DNA from: Octopus sinensis
Taxonomy: Eukaryota
DNA: 27,390 nucleotides
Direction of reading: 5' to 3'
Assembly (NCBI RefSeq): GCF_006345805.1
Contig: NW_021833333.1
Location: forward strand, 1 to 27,390
The notes beneath the pieces were generated by a model. The model searched no databases. It had not been told where the DNA came from and worked only from the letters and a program-made list of their open reading frames with translations. Shown here one piece after another: positions 10,611 through 22,159 of the stretch; within the stretch, counting starts at the first letter, position 1; each line of letters starts with the position of its first letter. The position numbers and the translations under genes are program-made.

Positions 10611-11204
10611 TGTGGAGATAATAACGGAAACAAAAAAAGATAGTAGGGGGAAGCAAGCAAGTGGGCTCAGACCAGAAATCTGTCTTTAGAGATATAAAAA
10701 AAGCTCATGATCTGTAATATATGGGTTGGCATGAGATTGTGTTAAATATTACCAGACTGGCCAACGATTTTTTTTTTTTTCATATTTCTCTTTTAAATTC
10801 CTAGAATATTTGCTACTTATTTCATACAATAATCTGCCTTTATCCGAGTATTTAACTGTGTGGAATCAACAGTGATCTAAGATGATATCCACCAGGTCGG
10901 GGACATTTTGTGCCTGGTGACTTAAATACAGTGCGGATCGTTACAAATCCCATCTATTAACATAACCACATGCACATAGTGTACAATCAGAACCAAAATC
11001 GGATCCGAAACAACAACACTTTAAGGGTAAACATGGTTGACTGACTACTGAAAATGTTTGTCGACTTTATCCATCCCTTGCATCAGTTCACCCAGTTATC
11101 TTATCTTAAGTAAGCATCACATCGTCCATAAATATTCAATCTCTGATAAAATTCTATCAGTCGTCACACTGAGGCATGTCATTACAATCAAGATTTCGGT
11201 TTTA

Positions 11205-11590
11205 AGGCGGCGAGCTGGCAGAAACGTTAGCACGCCGGGCGAAATGCTTAGCGGTATTTCGTCCGTCGCTATGTTCTGAGTTCAAATTCCACCGAGGTCG
11301 ACTTTGCCTTTCATCCTTTCGGGATCGATAAATTAAGTACCAGTCACGCACTGTGGTCGATATAATCGACTTAATCTGTTTCTCTGTCCTTTTTTGTCAC
11401 CTCTGTGTTTAGCCCCTTGTGGGTAGTAAAGAAATAGGTATTTCGTCTGCCGCTGCGTTCTGAGTTCAAATTCCGCCGAGGTCGACTTTGCCTTTCATCC
11501 TTTCGGGACCGATAATTAAGTACCAGTTACGTTTGTCTGTCCTTCTTTGTCCTCTCTGTGTTTAGCCCCTTGTGGATAGTAAAGAAATAA
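11205..11590 (+). mobile_element. Family-A SINE dimer
   Basis: Full head, core and tail, then a second unit restarting at GGTATTTCGTC (~11437). Confidence 0.85.
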
Positions 11591-11614
11591 GTTTTGATTA
11601 CCTACCGTGTATAA

Positions 11615-11925
11615 CTGGTACTCTGTCAATTACGATGAGGGTTCCAGTTGATTTCATCAGCGGAACAGCCTGCTCGGGAATTTAACGTGCAAGTGGCTGA
11701 GCACTCTACAAAAACGCGTAACCTTAACGTAGGTCGTAGGGAGCTTCGACGTGGCAGAAAATGTGACAAAGCTGCCCCTTTGAAATATAAGGACTACTCA
11801 TTTTTGCCATCCGAGTGGCCTAGAGCTACGTGAAATATGATGTCTTACTCGAGGACACAACGCGTCTCCAGGAATCGAACTCACGACCTTGCGAATTCCA
11901 TAACCACTAAGCCACGCGCCTTCAT
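11615..11925 (-). mobile_element. SINE with family-C head and middle but different 3' module
   Basis: GGCGCGTGGCTTAGTGGTTA, GAGTTCGATTCC and TGGCAAAAATGAGTA shared with 10360-10610; unrelated tail 11615-11790. Confidence 0.7.
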
Positions 11926-12171
11926 CACCTACTGCGTATGAGCATGTGTGAAAGATCATACTATCCTTACAGGAAATTTCTCGACATTTTCATTGACTAC
12001 GTCGGATTCTCATAAGCACCAAACATCAGTTGTTGATTATTATACAAAATTAGCAAACCAAAACAATTAGAAATAAAAAAAAAGGGAAGCACGGAAGAAA
12101 GAAAGACGCAAACAAACATAAATCAAAGATACAAAGATACAAATAAACAAAAAGAGGAAGGAGCGAAGAAC

Positions 12172-12173
12172 GA

Positions 12174-12213
<40 letters not shown>

Positions 12214-12219
12214 AAAGAA
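12172..12219. repeat. (GAAA)n microsatellite
   Basis: Direct reading. Confidence 0.9.
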
Positions 12220-12568
12220 ATAGTCGGCAAGCCTGTCAATATTTAACAGCAATTTCTCATGAGTACATCCGTTGTAGATCATGAGTTTATGTGACTCTAA
12301 AGATAGATTTCCGGTCAACCACATGTCACAGAGTCTCCGCAAATAAAACATCCATATTGTTTTTTTATTTTTAAAATGTTTGTTTTCTATTTATTATGAT
12401 GGTGTTGCAGTGGGCGTTATCAGTAATGACTCCAAAAACAATGTGAAAAATAAGGAAGCATCGATAGAACTCAAAGAAAAACTTAAATTCATGTATTTCA
12501 ATCAAAATATTAAGTTAACTTTGCTTAATCATTCTCTTTCTTTAAGTCCATGTTTAAGCTAATTCTGT

Positions 12569-12945
12569 AGCTGGCAGAATCGTTAGCACGCTGATCGAAA
12601 TCATTAACAGTATTTCGCCCGTTGCTACGTCCTGAGTTCAAATTCTGCCGAGGCTGATTTTTGCCTTTCATCCTTTCGGGGTCGATAAATTAAGTACCAG
12701 TGAAACACTGGGGTCGATGTAATCGACTAGTCCCCTTCCCCACTAAATTTCAGGCCTTGTGCCTATAGTAGAAGGTAGATATTTTGTCCGTCTCTGCGTT
12801 CTAAGTTCAAATTCCGCCGAGGTCCACTTTGCCTTTCATTTTTTCTGGGTCGATAAAATAATTAGCAGTTGAGCACTGAAGTCGATACAATCGATTTACC
12901 TCCATCCCCGAAATTGCTGGCCTTGTGCCAGAATGTGAAATTATT
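12569..12945 (+). mobile_element. Family-A SINE dimer (older tails)
   Basis: Two cores (12630-12730 and 12800-12900). Confidence 0.8.
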
Positions 12946-13039
12946 CAAAGTTTATGGTGTTTCCATCGCGGAAAGGAGGTCGTGGGGTTTTTTATTCTCC
13001 TTGCAAACTACATACATATCTTTTAGTATAACGTTGGTA

Positions 13040-13239
13040 CCCTTTCGTTACCAACCCGGCCAAAACCGGCTCTGGCTCTGAGTTCAAATGTCTTATTTTC
13101 ATAAGTTTTGAATTAAAATCTTCCACCAAACCTTAGTCACAATTTATGTTCCTAACACTATTTTACTAAATTCTTTGTTATATTTAAAGTAATTGAAAGA
13201 AACACAGAGGATCTCAAAATAAATACAGTAACAAAAGGG
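13040..13239. mobile_element. 200-bp piggyBac-type MITE
   Basis: TIR CCCTTTCGTTAC / GTAACAAAAGGG (1 mismatch). TTAA follows the right end; the left flank reads GGTA. Confidence 0.65.
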
Positions 13240-13364
13240 TTAACTTCTTAGGGCTTTCACATAGTTTGATAACATTGGGATTTGAAAATTGAAAAAAGTT
13301 GCATTTAAAGACACGAAATTCAAGATAATGTTGCAATCAAAATAAAGATTTTGGATTTATCTTG

Positions 13365-13732
13365 AGGCGCGGCTGTATGGTAAGAAGCTTGCACCCCAGC
13401 CGCATGGTTCTGGGTTCAGTCCCACTGCATAGCACCTTAGGCAAGTGTCTTCTACTATAACCGTGAGCCGACTAACGCCTTGTGGGTGGATTCGGTAGAC
13501 GGAAACTGAAAGAAGCACGTCGTATATATCTATATATGTGTGTGTGTGTGTGTGTCTTTGCGTGTGTGTTTCTTTCCCACCACCGCATGACAACCGGTGT
13601 TGGCGTGTTTACGTCCTCGTAACTTAGCGGTTCGGCAAAAGATATCGGTAGAATAAGTACCAGGCCTTACAAAAAAAAAATGTTCTGGGGTCGATTTATT
13701 CGACTGAAAAAAATTCTTCAAGGTGATGGCCT
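13365..13732 (+). mobile_element. Family-B SINE
   Basis: Head GGCGCGGCTGTATGGTAAG, B-box GGGTTCAGTCCC, conserved body. Confidence 0.82.
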
Positions 13733-13874
13733 AGCAGGTAAAATATAAAATAGAGCATTTCATTTAATACAGCGGTTCACAACAGAGGTCCATATAAGAT
13801 TTTCTCGTTAAAATTTATGTGCAATAAATTGATTCTATTCTACAATTCTCTTCTTCTTTGAACCTTTTGCTTAC

Positions 13875-14090
13875 TCTTTTACTCTTTTACTTGTTTCAGT
13901 CATTTGACTGTGGCCGTGCTGGAGCACCGCCTTTAGTCGAGCAAATCGACCCCCAGGACTTATTCTTTGTAAGCCTAGTACTTATTCTATCGGTCTCTTT
14001 TGCCGAACCACTAACTTACGGGGACGTAAACACACCAACATCGGTTGTCAAGCGAGGTTTGGGGAGAAACACTGACATGCAAACATATAG

Positions 14091-14124
<34 letters not shown>

Positions 14125-14680
14125 ACATATATATATACATATATACGACGGGCTTCTTTCAGTTCCCGTCTACCAAATCCACTCACAAGGCTATGGTCGG
14201 CCAGAGGCTATAGTAGAAGACACTTGCCGAAGGTTCCACGCAGTGGGACTGAACCCCGAATCTTGTGGTTGGTAAGCAAGCTACTTACCACACAGCCACT
14301 CCTACGCCTTATTTCAGTCATTAGACTGTAGCCATGCTGCGACATCGGCTTGAAGAAATTTAGTCGAATAAATCACCCCCAGTACATTTTTAAAAGACTG
14401 GTACTTATTCTATCGGTCCCTTTTGCGAACTCTCTACGTTACAGGGCCTTAAACAAATCAGCACCGGTTGTCAAGCAATGATGGTGGTCAAATATACTCC
14501 CACACACACATATATATATATCACAGGCTTCTTTCAGTTTTCGTCTACCGAATCCACTCACACGGCTTTGCTCGGCCTGTGGCTATAGTAAAAGACTCTT
14601 GCCCAAGGTGTCACGCAGTGGGACTTAAGCCGGAACCACCTGGCTGGAAAGCAAGCTTCTTACTACACAGTCACTCCTAA
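13875..14680 (-). mobile_element. Two tandem family-B SINEs
   Basis: Full-length copy ~13875-14310 and diverged copy ~14312-14680. Confidence 0.82.
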
Positions 14681-14784
14681 TTCTTTCTCGACAATTAATT
14701 AATTAAATTAATGGTTTACTAGCGCAAACGACCAACTTCTTCCTGTTATTTTTCCTCCATTTTCTTCTTACATATATATATATA

Positions 14785-14905
14785 CAGGGTGTCCCAAAAA
14801 AATGTATACACATAGTGGTTCGGCCTAAGAGAACGATAGAATAAGTACTAGGCTTACAAAGAATAACAAATTTACAATTATTTAAGGTGTGTATGGGACA
14901 CCCTG
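14785..14905. mobile_element. 121-bp Tc1/mariner-type MITE
   Basis: Perfect 12-bp TIR CAGGGTGTCCCA/TGGGACACCCTG flanked by TA on both sides. Confidence 0.8.
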
Positions 14906-15047
14906 TATATAGATAGATAGATAGATAGATATGCATGTATGTATAAATAACTTTCGTGTTTTCGGTGTTGATAAAATGAAATATCAGGGATATACTAGGG
15001 TTCATGGAATCAACAACCCTCCACCTCTCAATGCTGCTGGCTTTGAT

Positions 15048-15485
15048 AGCTGGCAGAATCGTTAGCACGCCGGGCGAAATGCGTAGCCGTATTTCGTCTG
15101 TCGTTACGTTGTGAGTTCAAATTCCGCCGAGGTGGACTTTGCCTTTCATCCTTTCGGGGTCGATAAATTAAGTACCAGTTACGCACTGGGGTCGATGTAA
15201 TCGACTTAATACCTATGTGTGTCCTTGTTTGTCCCATCTGTGTTTAGCCACTTGTGGGTAATAAAGAAATAAGTACTTATGAAGGTGGTAGAATCGTTAG
15301 CACTCCTGACAATATGCTTATCGGCCTTTCGTCCGTCTTTACTTTATGAATGCAAATTCCGTCGAGGTCGTCTTTGCCTTTCATCTCTTCCAGGGTCGAT
15401 TAAACAAGTACCAGTTGAGCACTGGGGTCGATGTAATCTACTTACCCTTTCTCCCGAACTTGCTGTACTACAAAATTCAAACAAA
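15048..15485 (+). mobile_element. Two family-A SINEs
   Basis: Young-looking copy 15048-15272 followed by a diverged copy 15282-15485. Confidence 0.8.
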
Positions 15486-15966
15486 TATCTCTTTTTTTTT
15501 GTTCTGACGTTTTTGATTATTTGTCTTTTGTGGTTGTTGTTGTTGACTTTGTTTCCTTAGCTTTTTTTTTAATCTTTAGTCATTAAGCATTCAAGAGTGG
15601 TTTTTAGGTTATTGGGAGGGACAAGGCTGTTTATCCTTGAATGATCAAATAACCTCTCAAATGTATCATTGTTGCCGCTGTTTTTTATTTTATTTTTTTG
15701 GTGGTTGTGTTAGAGGGAAGAGTTAATGTAGATTACCTTGAGTTCCACGAACCAACTGAATATCTTTTCACTGACTATGACGTGTTCTATTTATAACCAA
15801 ATACTTATAATGTGAAACGGCCATACAAGTATATAATGAGTAAGCATTGAAAGAAAGTAACAAAAGGAGGAAAGAAGGAAGGGAGGCAGAGAAAAGGCAA
15901 GAGAGAATGTATGAAAGAAATAGAAAGAAAGCGTATTCGTATTTTGTTCATAATTAAAAAATAATA

Positions 15967-16998
15967 CGGCGTGCTGGCAGAATTGTTAGCACGCCGGGCG
16001 AAATGCTTAGCGGTATTTCGTCTGTCTTTATGTTCTGAGTTCAAATTCCGCCGAGGTCGACTTTGCCTTTCATACTTTCGGGGTCGATAAATTAAGTACC
16101 AGTTACGCACTGGGGTCGATGTAATCGACTTAATACCTATGTCTGTCCTTGTTTGTCCCTTCTATGTTTAGCCCCTTGTGGGTAATAAAGAAATAGGTAT
16201 TTCGTCTGCGTTACGTTGTGAGTTCAAATTCCGCCGAGGTCGACTTTGCCTTTCATCCTTTCGGGGTCGATAAATTAAGTACCAGTTACGCACTGGGGTC
16301 GATGTAATCGACTTAATACCTATGTCTGTCCTTGTTTGTCCCCTCTGTTTTAGCCCCTTGTGGGTAGTAAAGAAAAAGGTATTTCGTCTGCCACTACGCT
16401 CTGAGTTCAAATTCCGCCAAGGTCGACTTTGCCTTTTATCCTTTCGGGGTCGATTAAATAAGTACCAGTTACGCACTGGGGTCGATATAATCGACTTAAT
16501 CCGTTTGTCTGTCCTTTTTTGTCCCCTCTATGTTTAGCCCCTTGTGGGTAATAAAGAAGTAAGAATTCTAGCACGCCGGGCAAAGAATGTTTAGCGGTAT
16601 TTCGTCCGTCCTTACGTTCTGAGTTCAAATTCCGCCGAGGTCGACTTTACCTTTCATCCTTTCGGGGTCGATAAATTAAGTACCGGTTGCATACTGGGGG
16701 TCGATCTAATCAATTGGTTCCCTCTCCAAATATTTCGGGCCTTGTGCCCAGAGGAGAAAAGATTATTTTAAAAAACTATACGGTGTGCTGGCAGAATTGT
16801 TAGCACACCGGGCAAAGAATGCTTAACGGCATTTCGGCCGTCCTTACATTCAGAGTTCAAATTCCGCTGATATCGACTTTGCTTTTCATACTTTTGGGGT
16901 CGATAAAATAAGTACTAATTGAGCTCTGTGGTCGATGTAATCGGTTAATCCTCTCTCCTGAAATTGCTAGCCATGTGCCAAAATTTGAAACCAATATT
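15967..16998 (+). mobile_element. Five-unit family-A SINE array
   Basis: Core repeated five times; GGTAT junctions at 16012, 16196 and 16378 (184 and 182 bp units). Confidence 0.88.
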
Positions 16999-17416
16999 TA
17001 ACATAAGCTCTTCTTTGCTCAATCGTCTTTTAATAAAACACCATATGTGGCCTGTGAAGAATGCTATACAATTTGGATGCATGTGTACAGAAGCCCATAC
17101 CATATACGAAGTACGTTCCAGAAGATTTTAGACTTTGCCTTAGATTACTGTAATTTTAGTACGTCATTACTATATGAGATGGTATCAAAACGTTCCCGGA
17201 CCAGTTCTGTTGCGCGCCAACAGATGGCAGCACACGGTTGGATGCGCAGTGAGAGCTATCAGTAATATTCATGAGGCAGTTTGCCGAGTGCCATTGCTGT
17301 GTTTACGTCGCAAATTGTGAAATTTGTGTTTTTGTGATCACGTAGTCTGCGATCTTTTCATGAAATAAAGAGCTAACGTGAAATTTTGTGTTAAACTTGG
17401 GAAGTCTGCTACAGAG

Positions 17417-17963
17417 ACATTAAGCATGCTTCGGCAAGCTTAGGACGACGAGACAATGGGTCGTGCACAATGTTTCGAGTATAATTTTGCATTGGTGTAG
17501 TTTTTAAGGGATTTGGGTTGTCTCTTGCTTTTTTATTATTTTATGGGTTTCGAGCGCTTTTTTTTTAGACGTGTGCCTTGACTTAGTAGTGGAATGTTCT
17601 TGTATATAATCGTGTAACATACACACATGCACTCACACGTACACACACACACACTTCGCCACAACAAATATAGTACACACACATGTGCACTGCACCCGGA
17701 AACTATATAAAACCACACCCACATATACACACAAACGCATACTCAGTACAAACATGCACAGTATGTACCCGCACACACATACACACCACTCGCATAAACG
17801 TAACGCACACAGTACCCCTGAGAAATACAACACACTCACACACACATACACACCCACAGACACACACACACACACGCACACACGCACACACACACACACA
17901 CATTGAGCATGCTTCGGCAAGCTTACGACGACGAGACAATGGATCGTACCCAATGTTTCGAGT
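17417..17963 (+). repeat. 64-bp direct repeat flanking a 419-bp CA-rich insertion
   Basis: 17417-17480 vs 17900-17963, 5 mismatches. Confidence 0.9.
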
Positions 17964-18462
17964 GCTACGGGTGCTTCAAAAATGGAAGAACGTCCCTGGA
18001 AGATGGCGAGCGACCTGGAAGACCTGTCACGAACGTCACCCCTGGTAATGGGGAGAAAATTCATCAGCTTTTGCATGACAATCGTCGGAGAACAATCAGC
18101 GACATTGCTGATGTTGTTGGTCAGGCGCATAGTTTCGCGCTGGCAATCCTAACATCTGAATAGAACATGCGGTGTGTCTTTGCCAAGTTTGTTCCTCGCC
18201 TGCTGTCCACTGAGTAGAAAGAACATTACTTCGAAGTATATCAAGATCTCCGTCAGCGTGTCGCTGATGACCCATCCTTCATATCGAGGATCATCGCCTG
18301 TGATGAGAGTTGGGTCTACGGGTACGAAGCAGCCGTCACAATGGAAGAGGCCTTTATCTCCACGTCCGAAGAAGGCATAACAGAGCCGCAGCTCAATCAA
18401 GAGTATGGTCATCAGTTTTTCGATATCCGCGGCATTATGCATCGAAAATTCTTCCCCCAGGG

Positions 18463-18675
18463 ACTTAACTATTTCTTTACTACCTACAAGGGGCTAAACA
18501 CAGAGAGGACGAACAAGGACAGACAAACGGATTAAGTCGATTACATCGACCCCAGTGCGTAACTGGTACTTATTTACTCGACCCCGAAAGGATGAAAGGC
18601 AAAGTCGACCTCGGCGGAATTTGAACTCAGAACGTAGCGTCAGACAAAATACCGCTAAGCATTTTGCCCAACCTG
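18463..18675 (-). mobile_element. Family-A SINE inserted in mariner
   Basis: Flanked by direct repeat CCCCAGGG (18455-18462, 18676-18683); transposase homology resumes after it. Confidence 0.85.
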
Positions 18676-19282
18676 CCCCAGGGCCATACCGTCAATCGAG
18701 AGTTCTACTGCAACGTTTTAAAGCATTTAAGGGATGACATTCGGTAAAAAGCGACCGGATCTGTGGAGCTCGAATAATTGGATTCTTCACAACGGCAATG
18801 CACCCTGTCATCGAGCTTCCCTCACTCGTGAGTTTCTAACCAAAAACAACATGGTATAGCTTTTGCACACGTCCTATTCACCATATTTAGCACCGGCAGG
18901 CTACCATCTCTTCCCCAAGACGGAAAGGCAGCTCAAAGGTCGTTGTCGAGATCCAGAGCGAATCGCAGAAGCTTCATGACTTTCTTACGGAAAACGACTA
19001 CAGGACCCTATTCTGAAAGTGACAGGAATGCAATGACCAGTGTATTGCTGTTCAAAGTGACTATTTTGAAGGAGGTGTTAAAACGTAAGTAAATATGTTA
19101 TTTTTTATTGAACATAACTAGTCTGGGAACGTTGTGGTACTTCCTCGAACATGTAATAAGTTCACCTACCGACGTTTTTATTCCAGACTTAAGAAAACAT
19201 ACGTAACAGCACTTTTAACACACCCTGCTAAAAATTACTTGTTACGGCTGACTAATTCGCGCAACGAAGTTAGGACATTTAG

Positions 19283-19707
19283 AAATTCGCTATACAATAA
19301 GGTTTTGTGTTAAACTGAGCAGAAACGCTGCAGAAACTTATGAAATGCACCAGAATACTTATGGATTAAATTTTTCACTAGCACAAAAAATTCAAAGTAG
19401 GTAGAGAGGAGGTGAGACACCGTGAGAGGTGTGGGGAGGAGGAACGTCAGGACATCAGAGCTGGTGGCTGGTTGAGAAAATTTTGAAGCTTTCTGGATGA
19501 AGGCCATTGTCTTTAAAGTCAATAAGCATTCAGTTTGGAGTTGGTGTTGCGACAGTAAACAGAATTATTCATGAAGATCTGAACATGCATACAATTACTC
19601 AAAGTTTGGTCCCAGAGTGTTCAGTGATGAACATCTTGGTAACCGACTACTTGATAGAGCTAAGCATCAAAACTGTTCCACACACTCCCTACAGTCCAGT
19701 CCGAGTT
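19283..19707 (+). pseudogene. Second, internally deleted mariner transposase fragment (different family)
   Basis: IRYTIRFCVKLSRNAAETYEM; HTH-like SISIQFGVGVATVNRIIHEDLNM joined directly to IKTVPHTPYSP. Confidence 0.7.
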
Positions 19708-19952
19708 TGAATTTTAGTCTTAAGTAAGATCGAAAATCTTCTGATGTAGAAAATCTAGATGTCACATAGATAAAACCAATGTGTGGGCCTACAAAGAGTA
19801 AAATATTATCCAGTTAAGAATAATTGCAGTTTTAAATAATAGTGAGGTGCTTAATCAGTCTTGTAAAGATTACCTAACTTTACACATAGAAATTTTGTGT
19901 GCAATGGCGTTAAAACAGAAAGGTACAGAGAAAATTGTAACTGATCATAAAA

Positions 19953-20270
19953 ACGATAAACGTCGCCCTTTTCAAGCCTAGCCAGGCACATGGGCCCGGT
20001 TTCCCAGTTTCTGTGGTGTATGTGTTCCTCCCCAGCTGGACGGGACGCCAGTCCATCGCAGCGTTGCTCAAGAAACAGGAAGAAAGAGTGAGAGAAGGTT
20101 GTGGCGAAAGAGTACAACAGGGGTCGCCACCCCCCACCTCCTGCCGGAGCCTCGAGGAGCTTTTAGGTGTTTTTGCCCAATAAGCACACACAACGCCCGG
20201 TCTGGGAATCGAAACCGCGATTCTCCGACCGTGAGTCTGCTGTACTAACCACTGGGCCACTGCGCCTCCA
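19953..20270 (-). mobile_element. Family-C SINE variant with different middle module
   Basis: Related head and same 3' module (GCTGCGATGGACTGGCGTCCCGTCCAGCTGGGGA) as 10360-10610; TSD AACTG(A/G)TCATAAAA. Confidence 0.85.
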
Positions 20271-20322
20271 AACTGGTCATAAAAGGTGTGCTAAACTCTT
20301 TCTTTGTTTTTTATTTACATTA

Positions 20323-20411
<89 letters not shown>
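20323..20411. repeat. (GT)n microsatellite
   Basis: Direct reading. Confidence 0.97.
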
Positions 20412-20413
<2 letters not shown>

Positions 20414-20521
20414 CTCGACACTAAAGTAGAAGAACCATTTCGAAGTTGCTTTGCAGTGAGATAAAATTTCAAACCTTGCAGCTGGGTAGCGTAGCGAACA
20501 TCTCAACCACCCAAGCATGCT

Positions 20522-21064
20522 AGTTACGTTGTGAGTTCAAATTCCGCCGAGGTCGACTTTGCCTTTCATCCTTTCGGGGTCGATAAATAAAGTACCAGTT
20601 ACGCACTGGGGTCGATGTAATCGACTTAATACCTATGTCTGTCCTTGTTTGTCCCCTCTATGTTTAACCCCTTGTGGGCAATAAAGAAATAAATATTTAA
20701 TCCTTTTTACCATGAGTGAACTGAATACGTGACCTCAAATCAGTAGACACCCTACCAGTTTTTGACAATTCAGAACGTCACTTTCTTTATTCTCTCAATT
20801 TCTAGTTTCTATTAGTCTTATCATTATACATTTCCTCTTCTTCTTCGCTTTCTCTCTTTCTTCTGTGCTGGAGCTGTGTGCGTATTGAGCGATCGTGTAA
20901 CTAATGACGCCCATCTAAGTTCAAATTCCGCCGAGGTCGATTTTGCCTTTCATCCTTTCGGGGTCGATAAATTAAGTACCAGTTACGCACTGGGGACGAT
21001 GTAATCCGTTTGTCTGTCCTTGTTTGTCCCCTCTGTGTTTAGCCCCTTGTGGATAATAAAGAAA
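20522..21064 (+). mobile_element. Two 5'-truncated family-A SINEs (20522-20690, 20917-21064)
   Basis: Core and tail identity to the 16 kb array units. Confidence 0.8.
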
Positions 21065-21643
21065 CAGATAATGACACACATCAGAAAACATTGCTATCTT
21101 TTTTTTTTTTTTAGTCCCGTAATTGGCAATCATTTTCAGTACAGAACTCTCGTTACTCCAAATTGTAACACTGTATTTATGAAAAGGTATGTATGCATGT
21201 GTGTCTGTATATTTCTGTGGATGTATGTGTATGGGGTGTATATGTGTGTATGGGCACCTTTCTGGATATAGTTCTCAGTATGTGTGAGTACATGCATAGG
21301 TATAAGGATTAAGAGACGTGTACGTATATTAGCATATGTGTATATATATATATATAAATACACACACACACAAATACATAAACACACACACACGCACACA
21401 CCATACCTATTTCTTTACTACCCACAAGGGGCTAAACACAGAGAGGACAAACAAGGACAGACAAACGGATTAAGTCGATTATATCGACCCCAGTCCGTAA
21501 CTGGTACTGGTACTTATTTAATTGACCCTGAAAGGACGAAAGGCAAAGTCGACCTCGGCGGAATTTGAACTCAGAACGTAGCAGCAGACGAAATACTGCA
21601 AAGCATTTCGCCCGGCGTGCTAACGTTTCTGCCAGTTCGTCGC

Positions 21644-21678
<35 letters not shown>

Positions 21679-22123
21679 ACGCCATACCTATTTCTTTATT
21701 ACCCACAAGGGGCTAAACATAGAAAGGACAAACAAAGACAGACATAGTGCGTAACCCCAGTGCGTAACTGGTACTTAATTTATCGACTCCGAAAGGATGA
21801 AAGGTAAAGTCGACCTCCGCGGAATTTGAACTCACAACGTAACGGCAGAAAAAATATCGCTAAGCATCTCGCCCGGCGTGCTAACGTTTCTGTCAGCTCG
21901 CACCACACCATGAGTGAACAGAATACGTGACCTCAAATCAGTAGACACCCTACCAGTTTTTGACAATTCAGAACGTCACTGAACACTCCAAAATATTTCA
22001 TTTCTTTATTGTCTCAATTTCTAGTTTCTATTAGTCTTATTATTATACATTTCCTCTTCTTCTTCGCTTTCTCTCTTTCTTCTGTGCTGGAGCTGTGTGC
22101 GTGTTGAGCGATCGTGTAACTAA
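20709..22123 (+). repeat. ~200-bp direct duplication (20709-20904 and 21907-22123)
   Basis: Near-identical; the second copy has 21 extra nt. Confidence 0.9.
21403..21905 (-). mobile_element. Two family-A SINEs separated by (CA)n
   Basis: Copies ~21403-21647 and ~21683-21905, each starting ccATACCTATTTCTTTA on +. Confidence 0.85.
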
Positions 22124-22159
22124 AGTTGTAATTATGTGAGTTTTGATAGTAGAGAGAAA

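Larger units (their letters stand above)
17365..19075 (+). pseudogene. mariner transposase pseudogene
   Basis: RANVKFCVKLGKSATETLSML, FKNGRTSLEDGERPGRP, AKFVPR, DESWVYGY, FFDIRGI, WILHNGNAPCH, YSPYLAPAGYHLFP, CIAVQSDYFEG; stops and frameshifts present. Confidence 0.88.
17173..19149 (+). mobile_element. Decayed mariner (Tc1/mariner) DNA transposon with two nested insertions
   Basis: Imperfect TIRs: tatgagatggtatcaaaacgttcccggaccagtt on the left; the reverse complement of the right end is ttcgaggaagtaccacaacgttcccagactagtt. TA precedes the left end. Confidence 0.85.

Noticed and set aside
13858-14331. 157-aa ORF and similar ORFs at 1364, 9680, 15805, 16168 and 21284
   Set aside because: Chance frames through SINEs.
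15967-16998. CRISPR-like periodicity
   Set aside because: Units are wholly repeated with no unique spacers, there are no cas genes, and the context is eukaryotic.
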